The notes beneath the pieces are model-generated. The model had not been told where the DNA came from and ran no database searches. It saw only the letters and a list, made by a program, of their open reading frames with translations. Source: the human T2T-CHM13v2.0 reference genome, Homo sapiens. Taken from it: a stretch of 64,000 nucleotides of DNA. Below are positions 1 through 14,078 of this stretch, one piece after another. A program made the translations under genes and the position numbers. The DNA is taken from assembly GCF_009914755.1 (NCBI RefSeq), contig NC_060928.1; one strand, written 5' to 3'. How positions within the stretch are numbered: position 1 is the first letter of the stretch; each line of letters opens with the position of its first letter.

Positions 1-429
1 AAAGATTGGCCACCTCCACAAGCTAATCAATATTGTCACTTTTTTGTGAAAAACAAAAGGCTGTGCCAACAAATTCCTATCTCCCAGCTGCAGATGATAA
101 GAAAGTTTCTTTGCCTTGACATTTGCTTATCTTTGACCAATAAGCACTGACATTTGATTATACACTGGACTATCCAGCATTCTCCTCCCTCCCATTTCCC
201 ACCCTAACACCTGCTGTCTAATTACTTTTAAATTCTACCTCTTTAAAATGCAGGAGTAAGAATTAAAGTAATCTCTCAAATAATTACAGTCACTAAATTT
301 GATTAAAAATATCAGAAGAGGCTGAGAAAAAAATGACTGTTCATTAGGGTGGAACAACATCTATAATAAATCCAAAATCTTGGTAATTTAACATTAATAA
401 GAATTTTCTATTGCTTGTCTCACAATTTG

Positions 430-770
430 GAGGAGGAGGCATGAGCAATGCTTCACCCAGTTTTCAGCAACCCCGTCCCCATCCATTTAATGATTCTACC
501 ATCTGCTAGGGCCTCAGAATCCTCCTCTGTATCTTCTGCAATTACTCAGGCTCTGAGGGAAAAATATATTATAAATAAGGTAGAGAAAGTAGTCCACTTG
601 TAATTTCTTTGGCCCAGAGGTGATGCACATCACTTCCATTTGCATTTCACTGTCAAGAAACAATTACATAGTCACATCTAAATACAAAGGAGCTGGGAAT
701 TATAACTTGGCTGTGTGCCCAGGAGGAAGTGAGCATGGAAATTGCTGAGTCCTAGCTCTGTATCCCGTAC
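430..770 (-). mobile_element. Old MaLR LTR fragment (MLT1K/L-like)
   Basis: ggcccagaggtgatgcacatcacttcc...agctgggaattataacttggctgtgtgcccagga resembles MLT1 consensus; boundaries approximate. Confidence 0.5.
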
Positions 771-855
771 AATAGAATAAGATGAAATCTATGAGTGATC
801 CATAAATTTTGGTTATCGGTGTTAGTAATTCACCTTTATCATGGATTTAGAAATA

Positions 856-1423
856 TGTAGTTCCAATTACTACTGTTGCATAACAAAGCTTAGCACCATA
901 AAGCAACTGTTTTATTAAGCTTTTGGATTTTGTGGGCCGCAAATTCAAAAAAAGGCACAGAGGAGATAGTTTGTTTCTGCTCTGTGATATATGGAGTCTC
1001 GGGGGGATGATTCAGCAGCAAGGGGCTGGAATCACGTAGAGGCATCTTTATTCACAGTGCTGGCAGCTAATGTTGGTCATCAGTTAAAACCCCAAGTAAA
1101 GGTATTTACCCAATGCATGACATCTCAGGTCCTTGGACTTTTTCACAATGGAGTAGCCTCAGAGAGTCAAATTTCTCACATGGAAGCCCAGAGTTTCAAA
1201 AACAAATGCCCCAGAGGACAGGCTATGTGGCCTTTTATGACCTATCTTCAACCACTTCTGTTGTACTCTACTGGTCTAAGAATTCATAAGCCCACCCTAA
1301 TTCAAAGAGAGGAGACATAGACCGATCCCCTAATGGAAAGTTGGTTACCGAGGTCACATTGCAGAGGGGTATGTGCAATGGAAGATATTGTGGTGTCTAA
1401 TTTTGGAAACTATAATCTCCCAC
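856..1423 (-). mobile_element. MaLR LTR (MLT1G/H-like)
   Basis: TG...CA ends, ctgttgcataacaaa..., gcccaccctaattcaaagagaggagacatagacc...ttggaaactataatctcccaca. Confidence 0.6.
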
Positions 1424-1483
1424 ATACATTATCTTAGAATCACTGAAAGTTAGTGTTTGAAAGGATTAATTTCTTTATAGAAC

Positions 1484-1650
1484 AAGAGCCAGCAAACAAT
1501 AGTCCACTGCCAGTTTTGGTAAGCAAGGTTTAACTGAAATACACCATGCCTATTTGTTAGCAGATTTGAGGAGTTCCAAAAGATACCATATGACCTACAA
1601 AGGCAAAAGTATTTATTTTCTGGCCCTTTACAGAAAGAGTTTGCATAATC
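1484..1650. mobile_element. MER58-like hAT-Charlie DNA transposon remnant
   Basis: cagcaaac...aaaagtatttattttctggccctttacagaaagagtttgc terminus. Confidence 0.6.
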
Positions 1651-1684
1651 TATAGATACAATATCAATTAAACACGTGGACACT

Positions 1685-1880
1685 GAAGTTAGACTACTAG
1701 GTTTTCAAATCTCAGTTCTGGAAGTGGCCAGTTATGTGGCTTTGAACAAGCTACTTAGCATCTCTAGGCTGCCATTTTCCCACCTTCATAATTGGGGAAA
1801 CAGTAAAGTCTGTCATTGAATTGTGAGCATTACATGAAATAATTAATGAAAAGGGCATAATTAGCATTCATAAATGCTAA
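1685..1880 (+). mobile_element. MIR SINE
   Basis: tttcaaatctcagttctg...gtggctttgaacaagctacttagcatctct...ttgtgagcattacatgaaataat core. Confidence 0.65.
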
Positions 1881-1989
1881 CTTGTGCTGTAGAATTGCCT
1901 TAAATTATCAGCTAGATCAAATGTCCATTTGAGTCATATGTTTATCTCCAGTGTCATCTGCTGCAGATTTCAACACATCTAGTGATACA

Positions 1990-2620
1990 GGAAGTCCATT
2001 CTATCTTTAATCATTTTATTAGAAATTTCTTCCTACTAGGTTGAAATCTGCCCCCTTACAGCTATATGCAATTAATCCTGGTTCTATCTCCTAAAGGCTC
2101 TACAAAACATCTCTTCCAAATATTGGGTTCTTTGAAAAGGCTATCTCTGAATTTTATCTTATCAGAACTACACATCTTTAGTTCTTTCAATTGCCTCTCC
2201 TAAGACAGAGTTCACATCACTTTTCAACTTTAAAATTCCCCTTAGAAGGAAATATAAAGCATTTATCCAGAAATTAGCAAAAGACTTCAGGCCTGCAGAT
2301 AGATCTAGATCGTTGGTCCCTAAATTCTCCATAGTATGTTAATGATGTGTGTTTTGTGCTACTCAGTCTTTTTCCACACTTCCTGCTGTGGAAGAGTTGA
2401 TTTCTTAAGATCCTGGGACAGGTGTTTATTGTTGCCTTTTTATGTTCAATGTTATAGAGCTCCAGCCTGTGGAGATCTTTCCATATGTTGATAATGTAGT
2501 TTAGACTGTCCACTGCCCTTACCAGCTTTATATTACCCACACATATTTCTGAAGGCTTGATCCAAATCGTTACTAAATATCCCATCAAGTTGAAATTAAT
2601 ACTATGAGTAATCCTGAACT
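1990..2620 (-). mobile_element. Highly degenerate CR1/L3 LINE fragment
   Basis: Weak resemblance to antisense L3 RT region (cccttaccagctttatattaccc...gatccaaatcgttactaaatat). Confidence 0.3.
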
Positions 2621-2821
2621 CAATTACAGCAACTGAATGTTGCTTTAATAATTGCACTTATTCCTTCCTGGACTTCCATTGACCTTAATCACCATTTGTT
2701 CAACCATTCTCGCTTGGGTGACATTCCTCTTAGTGAAAGAAGTTGGAAGCAAATATAAAGGAAAACATAAGCATTTCTCTTTCTCTCTTTCAATATTACA
2801 CTTCAAATCAAGATATGTATC

Positions 2822-3197
2822 TGTATTACTCAGGGGTCTCCAGAGAAACCAAACCAAGGGAAGAGAGAGATTAATTTTAAGGAATTGGTCCACACGATTG
2901 TGGAAGCTTGGTAAGTCCACAATCTTCAGAGTAGGTGGGCAAGCTGGAGACTCAGGGATTCTGCTGGCAGAATTCCTTCTTGCTCAGTAGAGGTCAGACT
3001 TTGTTCTATTAACACCTTCATCCAATTGGATGAGGCCCATCGACATCATGGAAGGTAATTCACTTTACTCAAAGTCCACTGATTTCAAATGTTAATGGAA
3101 TGCAAAAAACACCTTCACAGAAAGATCCAGAATAGTGTTTGACCAAATATCTGGGCGCCATGGTCCAGCCAAGTTGATTCATAAAATTAACCATCAG
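2822..3197 (-). mobile_element. ERVL LTR (MLT2C/D-like)
   Basis: tgtattactcaggggtctccagagaaacc...ttggatgaggcccat...agccaagttgattcataaaattaaccatca. Confidence 0.8.
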
Positions 3198-3408
3198 AGT
3201 ATCTCTTTTTATAATCATTTATCTTACAATAAAAATAGCTAAGACTATAGCCTATATGAAGCCTGGATTTATGTTTTGATAATTAGTTCTTTTATAATAG
3301 AAGATCTGTTATATAAAACCACAATTAAGTGTGCGTCTGTCTGAGAAGGTTGTCATGGTAAAATATAACCATGACTTTTGTTACTAAATATAAAAGTACA
3401 GCATCTAG

Positions 3409-3704
3409 GGCCAGGTGCGGTGGCTCACGCCTGTAATCCCAACACTTTAGGAGGCCGAGGTGGGCGGATCACCTGAGGTCAGGAGTTCAAGACCAGCCTG
3501 GCCAACATGGTGAAACCTCGCCTCTACTAAAAATACAAAAAATTAGCTCAGCGTGGTAGCGGGCACCTATAATCTCAGCCACTTGGGAGGCTGAGGCAGG
3601 AGAATTGCCTGAACACAGGAGGCAGAAGTTTCAGTGAGCTGAGATCACACCATTGCACTCCAACCTAGGCAACAAGAGTGAAACTCCATCTCAAAAAAAA
3701 AAAA
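3409..3704 (+). mobile_element. AluS element
   Basis: Full dimer with polyA; TSD AAAAGTACAGCATCT on both sides. Confidence 0.95.
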
Positions 3705-4095
3705 GTACAGCATCTTAACTGATTATTTTCTGTACCTAAGAAAAAGATCAGTGGCGGGGGGAGAAATGAGAATGCAACTCTGATTTTTAAGGTTAGCACT
3801 GTTGCAAGTTTCAGAATGCAACTTAAAAGGTATGATATGCTTGTGTTCTTTAAAGCATTCACCTATTTTTAAAATTTCACTTTTTATATGTTAAATTTTT
3901 AAATTGGCATTTTAATTTCAAATGTTATTTCTTCAAATGATTTTACAAGATTATTGAAACAAATATCTATATAAATAAGATGTCTAAGCATGAAATGTGG
4001 GTTCAATACAATATTTGTAACAAAATTTTACTAGAATTTTTCTTAAGCCAACATGTTGTCTATGGAAACAGGATTTTATTGAACTAGTATTTTAG

Positions 4096-4378
4096 TTTTG
4101 GTTTTGTTTTGTTAAGACAGGGTCTCGCTCTGTTCCCCAGGCTGAAGTGCAGTGGTGCAAACATAGCTCACTTCAGCAAGCCATTCGCCCAACTCAGCCT
4201 CCCAAGTAGCTGGGACTGAAGGCGCACACCACCACACCCAGCTAATTTTTGTATTTTTTGTAGAAATGTGGTTTCGTCATGTTGCCCAGGCTGGTCGTGA
4301 CCACCTGGGCTCAAGTGATCCTCCCTCCTTGGCCTCCCAAAGTACTGGGATTATAAGCATGAACCACTGCACTCAGCT
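4096..4378 (-). mobile_element. AluJ element
   Basis: Reverse Alu with diverged left/right arms; flanks gtattttag/gtattttgg. Confidence 0.9.
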
Positions 4379-4574
4379 GTATTTTGGTTTTAAACTTTTA
4401 TGAATCTAGGTTTTAAAAAAAAGTGGTTTTCTTTTCTGGTTAGCCATTTATAATAAGTAGAAATTATTGATTTAAAGACTTTTAGAGATTTTAAGATGGT
4501 TTATGAGTCCTACTGATTATTCCTTTCTTGTGTGAAATTCACTGTTGTCTTTTGTTCTATTTTTCCCTCTTCAG

Positions 4575-4682
4575 GTTTGGATGTGTGGAGGAGAAATGTT
4601 TGATGTTCCATGTTCTAGAGTTGGTCATATCTACAGGAAGTACGTTCCATACAAAGTTCCATCTGGGACAAGCCTGGCAAGA
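4575..4682 (+). CDS. GALNTL6: Internal coding exon of polypeptide GalNAc-transferase-like 6 (catalytic domain), 36 codons [36 protein letters not shown]
   Basis: Polypyrimidine tract + CAG acceptor ending 4574, donor GTGAGT at 4683. WMCGG...[10 protein letters not shown] is the ppGalNAc-T family motif. Peptide is GALNT10-like but matches my recollection of GALNTL6 rather than GALNT10. Confidence 0.95.
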
Positions 4683-5973
4683 GTGAGTAACTCAGCATCA
4701 GAACAGACTGGGGTTGATATGGCTTTCTGTAACCAGAGTAACCAACCTTGCCCATGGCACAGTCTGAGAAAAGCTCTCCAGTGTACAGAGAGCTCCTGTG
4801 CTTCTCAGAGTCTTATTTCCATTGCTTAAAGAAGTATTAACTATAATGCTATTTCTTGTTACAAATTGGTTCAAAGCATTTTCACATACATTATATTTAA
4901 TCTTCACCATTACCTTCTGAGGTCTGTGTTCTTGTCTTTATTTTGTAGATGGGAAAATGAAGTCTGAACTAGGTGCTTGTTCATGCTCACATGAATGCCA
5001 AATAGCAGAGTAGGTCCGCGGACCTGGGGCAGCCAGTTCTCTCCACCCACATGGAGTGTAGCAGGATCTGTAATAAGTCAGATGGAAAAAGGGGTAAATG
5101 GGAGATGGGAAAAGGTGGATGTCCAAACTCTGCCTTCTTCTCTTTCATAACTAGGGCCAGCTCTGCCTCAAATTTTGCCCCATCCTCAACATTTCAAAAT
5201 TGGCTCAGTCTTAAGATTTTTTTCCAATATTGTTTTGAATAAAACCTTTCTTGTAAACCAGATGCAAAGATGCTCTTCTCTTCTGCCGTTTGAAACATTT
5301 TTATGCTTGTTTAGGAGAACGGACTCACAATACCATCTCCAAATAATCCTGACAATTTCTCTGCTTTCCATATTACTTTCTTCAGGGCTGGGTCAGTTTT
5401 TGTCACCACCATATGTACCTGCTACTGCTGAGAATCGAAATCTAGAAAAAGAGAATTTTATCACACTGCTACCCTAGAAATCAAATCCTGAATTATTCAT
5501 TTTGGTTCTTTTACTAATAAGGCTGCAAGATATAACTATTTGGATCTTTTATATAAGGCTCACATAACAAGCTTTTGTAAAAATAAATAAACGAATTCAC
5601 CAGGAATCATTAGAGTATCAGTAACACAAGGGTAGAGCTTTGGTCTGTGTTAGTTACCGCTGTACTCTCAGAACCTAAAACGGGGCTTAGGGAACACTCA
5701 GATATTTGTTGAAAGAATTAATTAATCAGGAAAGCTAAGAGAGGAAAATGCTGGAGATTTAAGTTGTTACTAAAACTTAAATACTTTTTAATGAGTATAA
5801 CAAAATTTTCTTTTACAGTGAATCTTTGTGGGGCGGGGGGAGTTGTTCTTCCTTTTTCCCTTTCTGAGAGTATTCATCAACTGTCCATTTCTCTTTAGCT
5901 ACATCCATATTCTCTAACAGCAATTAGAGCTCCTAGTAATAACATTACCTTACACACACCTTGAATGGAAATA

Positions 5974-6311
5974 CAGGCTGAGTATCCCTCATCCAAACTG
6001 CTTAGGACCAAGAGTCTTTCAGATTTCAGATTTTTTCCAGATTTTGGGATATTCACATATACATAATGAGATATCTTGGGGATAAGACCCAAGTCTAAAC
6101 ACAAAATTCATTTATGTTTCACATACACCTTATATACATGGCCTGAAGGTAATTTTATACAATATTTTTAATAATTTTGTGCATGAAACCAAATTTGCGT
6201 TAGTACTTATGTGTGGAATTTTCTATTTGTGGCATCGTGTTAGCACTCAAAGAGTTTTGGATTTTGGAGCATTTTGTATTTTATATTTTCAGATTATGGA
6301 TGCCCAACCTG
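5974..6311. mobile_element. Tigger4b/MER46-type non-autonomous TcMar DNA transposon
   Basis: TA-flanked terminal inverted repeats caggctgagtatcc ... ggatgcccaacctg; characteristic internal gagatatcttgggga..acccaagtctaaac. Confidence 0.85.
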
Positions 6312-8752
6312 TAGTAATATTCCTGCTTTCCTAACTAAATTAAAATTTTAATTAGATGCTAAAACATATTCCTCTAAGTAGCTGTCAAAATACACTATTT
6401 GAAGGGAAAAAGCAGTCACAAAATCATAAAGTAATTAAAGAGCTGAATTTGGGTAAGGAAATATGGTTTGATTTAGTCATAAGACTTAAGACATATGAAT
6501 CAGAAAACAATAGTTCACAGGAAAGTAAATGATTGAACAATTTAGAGCACATGTCACCAATCAGCTGGGTAGATATAATAAATCATAGCAGTTTAAAATA
6601 TCCTAAAGATAATAATGTTCTCTCATGTATCCACTTTTATTCACTCATATGCTCCCCTGCTTGTGCTCTGAAAAGAACCATCCTTCCAAGACAATGGGTG
6701 TGTATGCTTGCTTCGTAGTCTAAAGTAGAGTGTAAAAGCTTGCAGGGGAATGCTGTGCTGATCCAAAAGGAGCTATTTTCAAAAAAATAAAACTGTTCAT
6801 ATATTTTCAAGAAAGAAATTAAGTACTTTTTCAAGGATTGTCAAATACAGAGAAACTGGGGTTGGCACATAAAACTTCCAGGAAAAAGTGAATATTTATT
6901 CAACTGAAAAAAGTCCATAATTCTGAATTTTAATCTTTTCCACTCAAATTTTACTTCAGAGCTCATTTTTATTTTTTTTTCTAAACTGCTAGAGCAATCA
7001 GAAAGTCATAAATATTAAAGCTTGACTGTCACTCTGAGAAACATTTTATGGTTTTTTTAAGTTAAAAAAAGTACATTAAAATGAAAAACAATTCTGATAT
7101 TTTGTGGGAGCACCTCAACTACCTCGCTACATGCTACATTATTACCATATCATCAAAAATGAAGAGAGACTTTATATATACTTCAAATGCAGGGCCACGT
7201 CTACTCAACTGATATTTTAATCTTGCAGCCTCATCAGGAAATGGAGATGAAGGTGGAGACTTGACTCCAAAGGCTTATTTTCTTACTCTACAAAGCTCAA
7301 TTAATTCTTCAAAAATGTGCACTTTTCACATTGATGATTCCAAAAGACTTCCAAAATATTTAAACACACACATAGACACACAAATGTCTGAACAGCCTTA
7401 AACAGCCTACTGGTTGGTGTATACTATAGAAATACATTTGTAAAATTAGTTCTTCAGTACCTTCTATTTACCTGGCATTAGAATCTGGTTGCAAAAGACA
7501 GGATATCCATATATGAAACCATTAGAGGACAGTACAAGGCAAGTAACTGCTTAAATGTATCGTAAGGACATGTATAGGTAGAGGGAAGAGGAGGAAGTAG
7601 CGTCATAGCTGTGACCTTCTTCAGTCCTCTCAAATTAAAGGACTTGAAAGAGGACCTTCAAGAATATGTCCACTGAATTAACGAGTTTCATATAACAGTG
7701 GTTTCCAAACTCAGGATGAACCAATTCCTGACTAATATTTCACCCAGCCTCAGTGAACTAAGAAAAATGATAATCCCAAAGATAAACCTGTTCAACTTAA
7801 TAACATCTTTTTATGCAGAAACTATAAGGTTTTTTTCATTGAAAAAAAAATAGAATGCAAGACAGTAAATTTTTGTTAGTGCCCTTATTTGGCAAAAACA
7901 AAAATCAGCATCACTTTGTCATTTCCCACAAAATGTAAAAACCTAGGACACCATAACTTACACTTCAGCTTCATCTGGGAATAAGCGTATTCACTTGACA
8001 TTAATAAGCCTAGACAGTTTTACTGAGTCAGCTCGGGGCCTATTGTCAGCACACTGGGACACGGTTGTGGTGTCTTGCCACAAGGAACAAGCAGCAAGTC
8101 ACTGAGGGAAGGGATGCTCATGTCTAGAGTTGCAGGGAGACTAGAAAGACAGCAGGGCTGTGGTGACAATCATCCCTTCTGCTTCACAGAAGCGTGAGCA
8201 GCTCCTCAGCAAAGGTCCACTGAGTGTCGCTTTGCACAGCCCAAGGAGGCTGAGTGGCAAATAGGTGGAAGAATCTCAAAGAAGAGATTCTTCTCTTCAT
8301 TCCAACAGGTTTTTATGTGAGCCAAGCACTGTGCTGAAGGAGCAGCTATTACTGGCACCTATGGGGACAGTCCACAAACTCCTCTGTGAATGTCAGTGTG
8401 TTCAGGAACAATCAAAGCCACTGGATCTGTGACAGGTGGCTGTAACAGCAGGGACATGTCAGAAGTGGAGAGCAGTCACCCCACGGCTAAACATACCAGC
8501 TGATTATCACACAGCAGTGGTCTTCATGGGAACAACTTGGCCCATGAGAGTTTCCTTGGAGGGTCACCACGCCAGAGCGCTGCCCTGCAGACTGTGAGTG
8601 GGGCAGTCCTGGAAGTGCACACAGCCACCCTCGCCAATACAAGACAAGGTTAGAACCAACCCTTACCCCTAGTCTGTAAGAAACATCAGAGAATGCAAAT
8701 CTGTATACTGCTGTATTTCACCTCTGACATAGTATCAGTAATTTTTTCATTT

Positions 8753-10152
8753 TAAAATTTCACCCTAATATCAAAATTAAAATAACTAGAGAAGCAAGAG
8801 CAAACAAATTCAAAAGCTAGCAGAGACAAGAAATAACTAAAATCAGAGCAGAACTGAAGGAGATAGAGATACCAAAAAACCTTCAAAAAAATCAATGAAT
8901 CCAGGAGCTGGTTTTTTGAAAAGATCAACAAAATAGGTAGACTGCTAGCTGACTAATAAAGAAGAAAAGAGAGAAGAACTAAATAGATGCAATAAAAAAA
9001 TGATAAAGGGGATATTACCACTGATCCCACAGAAATACAAACTACCATCAGCTAATACTATAAACACCTCTACCCAAATAAACTAGAAAATCTGGAAGAA
9101 ATGGATAAATTCCTGGACACATATACCCTCCCAAGTCTAAACCAGGAAGAAGTCAAATCCCTGAATAGACCAATAACAAGGTCTGAAATTGAGGCAGTAA
9201 TTAATAGCCTACCAACCAAAAAAGTCCAGGACCAGACGGATTCACAGCCAAATTCTACCAGAGGTACAAAGAGGAGCTAATACCATTCCTTCTGAAACTA
9301 TTCCAAAAAATAGATAGAGAGGGAATCCTCCGTAACTCATTTTATGAGGCCAGCATCATCCTGATACCAAAACCTGGCAGAGACACCACAAAAAAAGAAA
9401 CTTTCTGGCCAATATCCCTAATGAACATCGATGTGAAAATCCTCAATAAAATACTGGCAAACCAAATCCAGCAGCACATCATAAAGCTTATCCACCATGA
9501 TCAAGTTGGCTTCATACCTGGGATGCAAGGCTGCTCAACATACGCAAATCAATAAACATAATCCATCACATAAGCAGAACCAACGACAAAAACCACACGA
9601 TTATCTCAATATATGCAGAAAAGGCCTTCGACAAAATTCAACACCCCTTCATTCTGAAAACTCTCAATAAACTAGGTATCGATGGAACGTATCTCAAAAT
9701 AATGAGAGCTATTTATGACAAACCTACAGCAATATCATACTAAATGGGCAAACGCTGGAAGCATTCCCTTTGAAAACCAGCACAAGACAAGGATACCCTC
9801 TCTCACCACTCCAACATAGTATTGGAAGCTCTGGCCAGGGCAATCAGGCAAGAGAAAGAAATAGAGTATTCAAATAGGAAAAGAGGAAGTCAAATTGTCT
9901 CTGTTTGCAGATGACATGATTGTGTATTTAGAAAACCCCACCGTCTCAGCCCAAAATCTCCTTAAGCTGATAGGAAACTTTAGCAAAGTCTCAGGATACA
10001 AAATCTATGTGCAAAAATCACAAGCATTCCTATACACCAATAATAGAGAGCCAAATTGTGAGTGAACGCCCATTCACAATTGTTACTAAGAGAATAAAAT
10101 ACCCAGGAATACAACTTACAGGGATGTGAAGGACCTCTTCAAGGAGAACTAA
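8753..10152 (+). mobile_element. L1PA ORF2 internal fragment (Z region/RT), disrupted
   Basis: High similarity to primate L1 ORF2 including ctgtttgcagatgacatgattgtgtat (LFADDMIVY) at 9901; frameshifts, no long ORF; no 3'UTR or polyA. Confidence 0.93.
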
Positions 10153-12435
10153 CTATAAGAACCATCCAAGAACATGGGAGACTTTAAATTTTTTTCTAGT
10201 TTCAGGATAGGAGCTAAAACTGAAGTCAAATCTCATAAAAGCCAAATTGTACAGGCTGCTTCCCAGGTCCTGAAAATGTTAACTTAGAGTAAAAGGGATA
10301 GAGGTTAAATGGTAAAGGAGTAGAGCTGGGTCTATGAACCGAGGTCTGTCTGGTCGAGGTTCATGCTCCTCACCATAATGTTTCTTCTAGAGTGCTTGAG
10401 ATAAACTGGAGCAGCCTGGGCATCTCTGGTAGGGCACCAGTTTAGCAGAGTACCAAGTAGAAATGGGCAGGCAGAGAGTTACGGAGGGTGTGCGTAGGAC
10501 CTGTGGAGTTAGCCTTGGAAGACCCTGGATGCAGATCACAGTGTTGACCTTTACTCCTTGACTGTAGGGCCTTGAACAGGAAGTATCAGGATAAAAATAG
10601 CAGAGGTAAAATAGAAAGGTCAACCAACAAATAATTATTAAAATGGAGAAAGTCTAAAGAAAGTCTAAAGAAATTAACATTTCGAATGCAAGGAGCATTT
10701 GTAAAAAAAAAAATCATAAAATATTTTTATTGATTTGCTACACTGTGCACGGAGGTGGGGCTCACATGTGACTATGAGCTTTCCATCTCAGCATCCCAGA
10801 GAAAATAGTATCAGTACAAAAACAGGGAAGGGAGGAAGAGGAAAGGGGAAGAGACTGAGATTGGTTTTAGATAAGGTTAAGTGACAGCCTGGGATAGCCT
10901 GGGGCAGCCAGATCTGGGGAGATACCCACAGATTTTCCATCCAGAATTCTGAGAGCACACAAAAACTTTTGACAGATTTTCTTTGGCAAATAAATGTTTA
11001 CTTCTGAAAAAAGAAATGCTTACTGTGCCAGTCAGTGTGCTAGGCCCTGGAAGTTTAAGTGATGAACAAGTTAAACACAAATCTCAATTCCTCTTAATAA
11101 ATGGCCTTGACAGTAACGTACAGTCCACACCATGCAGCAGTAATCCACGTATTCCAATGCCAGAATATCATGAGGATGAGAAAAGGGTTAAATGAAAATA
11201 ATAAAGCTCATTATGGAATGAAATCTGTATCTTATATAGTTCACTATTTGGAAATTGTTTTTTAATAGACTGTCATATTATAATTGAGATTATGATGTAA
11301 CAAAAGAGAAATATATGCCCTATATAGCATATAGCATTATTTTATATATAGCCATATATATTTGATATTAACAAATTATGTTTAATGACCCAATAGGCTA
11401 ATCTACATACAAGTTACAAATGTTTTTGACTTTATGCATTTACCTAGGGTTTCTTAGCAAAGTGTAACAACCTTTGACAATTTCCTATGGTTATTATACT
11501 TCACAGGCACAAAGTTCTAAGTCTGAGGTCTGAGGGAGAATTGTGGTTGTGCCTCTGTAAGCTGTGAAACGACTTCTTTATATACTTCCCAAGATGCCTT
11601 TCTTCCTTCCTGTGCCATCTCCCTGGTGACATCCAGCTCTGCTGATTCCATAGATCCTCTCAGACTCTTGAAAATGATGGAGGTTGGGAGAGGCATAGAG
11701 AAAGGGAGGAGGAGGAGGTGGAGGAGGAGGGCTTCAATGTAAAAGCCAGACCACCCCAAGTCGATTAATAAATGCTTCTTCATTGTTGACCATGGTGTCA
11801 GCTTTCCCATCTGAAATAGCTGAAATAAAAGAGCACAATGTCAGGCAAACGCAACTCGCCCTTGTTTATGTCAGAAAAAGATATCAGCTGAGGAAAAGCA
11901 TTAACAAAACCAAAATGACTAGTTTGATATCTGAAAATAAAATCACCAACAAGGTTATAAAGTATGGTGGTGATGAATGGGAAATCTATACTCCCTCAAA
12001 TTGACCTTTCTCTCCCGATGACTGTAAATCACTGTACTCTCTTAAAGCTGCCCAGCATACAAGAGCTTGTGGCACGATAACCTTGGACAACAACAGCAGC
12101 ACCACTTCTCTCTCCTGCTCTTAAAACTGCAGGGTTCAGATGCTCTATTTGAAACCATCACTGAGTTCAGGGGCATGGTGGCCTATCATGGGTTTTCTCC
12201 CAAAAAGCAGGAAATGATAGATCTTCCCTCAAAACTCAGCCCTCATAAATGGCTAGGACTTTTGTGCAGAGGCAATTCTGAAAGCAATAACTTTCTCTAA
12301 TTCTTCCTTACAATATAACCTAAAGGGCAATAAGGCTGTCTAATACTTTTGCTCAAAACTAAAGATGATTCACATACTGCAATTATATGTTTGCTTCTCT
12401 CCTGACTTGGTCACAGTTTAAAATATAATACCTCA

Positions 12436-12730
12436 GGACAGGCATAGTGGCTCATGCCTGTAATCCCAGTGCCTCAGGAGGCTGATGCAGGAGGATCACT
12501 TGAGAACAGGCTGGGCAACATAGCAAGGCCCCAGCTTTAAAAAAGTTTTTTTTTTTAAAGTTACCTGGGTGTGGTGGCATGTGCCTATAGTCCCAGCTAC
12601 TTGAGAGGCTGAGAAGAGAGGATTACTTGAGCCCGGGAAGTCAAGGCTGCAGTGAGCCATGATCAAGCCACTGCCCTCCAGCCTGGGTGACAATGTGAGA
12701 CCCTGTATCAAAAATAAAACAAAACAACAT
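12436..12730 (+). mobile_element. AluJ element
   Basis: Dimer with small left-arm deletion; flanks aaaatataatacctc/aaaatataacaccctc. Confidence 0.9.
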
Positions 12731-13778
12731 AAAATATAACACCCTCTACTTAGAAGGAGCTTTTTATTTTAAAAATCAAGGCATCTTCCATAAATAATGT
12801 TTCATTATTCTCTATGATTGATATCCTCTCTAAAAGTCAATCATAAATTAATGTGACAATAATGATTCAATAAATCATTAAATACTATGAGTTCATTGCA
12901 TGCTATAAAGATAAATGTCATCTCTAACCTCAGAGAAGTCTCAGGCTAGATAAATCCTATTAATAAATATTTATCAAGTGCCTACTATGTGCCAGGCAGA
13001 AATGCACACAGCATGCTACATATCCTAAGCAAATAGCATTGGGCCTTGCCAGTTAGATCAAGCCGCCCCTTTGTGATGTAACGTCACCTCACCTTGGGGC
13101 ATCCCCTGCACTGGGGATGAATTTCTGGTAGACAACACTGGTAGAGCACTCACTCACCCTTCAATCCTCCTTTTTAAACACTGGGCATTTCCTGCTTGTG
13201 CTAACCATGAGAAAAATAAGGCCAAGGGAAACCATTCTGTCAGCCAAGGACCCACAGAGAAGAAATGAGAAAATTGTGTGAGAAACACAAATTTATTTGC
13301 CACTCAACCCTCATCTACTGCCTTAATTCCTAACCCGATGGCATCAGAATTTTTAAACTATATATTTTGTTAGTTTAACAAATAACGATAGAATCCCACA
13401 TTACTTTTAAAAATTTTAAACAATATGGAGGTAAAGCATAGATTTTTTTCATATCAAACATAGACACTAAAAAAGAAAGTAAAATAGCAAATTGCTGGCA
13501 GGTACAGCCTCTTGCCATTTGCAAGTATCATGAAAAAAATATGTGAGGTAAAGACAACGTTATTTTCAAACTTGGTAATTTCCCACAAAACCTCGCAAAA
13601 CTTTTTTTTTTTTTTTTTTGAGATGGAGTCTCACTTTACCTAGAAGGTAAAGTTGGCCACTGATACATGAAATAATATTTAAAAAACACTATGGACTGGT
13701 TGCAGTAAACACATATGAACTCAAACCTAATTCCACTTCCCAACTAGGAATCATTTATTTATAGAATACAGAAAGTAA

Positions 13779-14074
<296 letters not shown>

Positions 14075-14078
14075 AACA

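Noticed and set aside
4545-4829. 94-aa ORF (and 124-aa ORF at 25427-25801) as standalone genes
   Set aside because: Only the splice-site-bounded cores are coding; the extensions are intronic read-through
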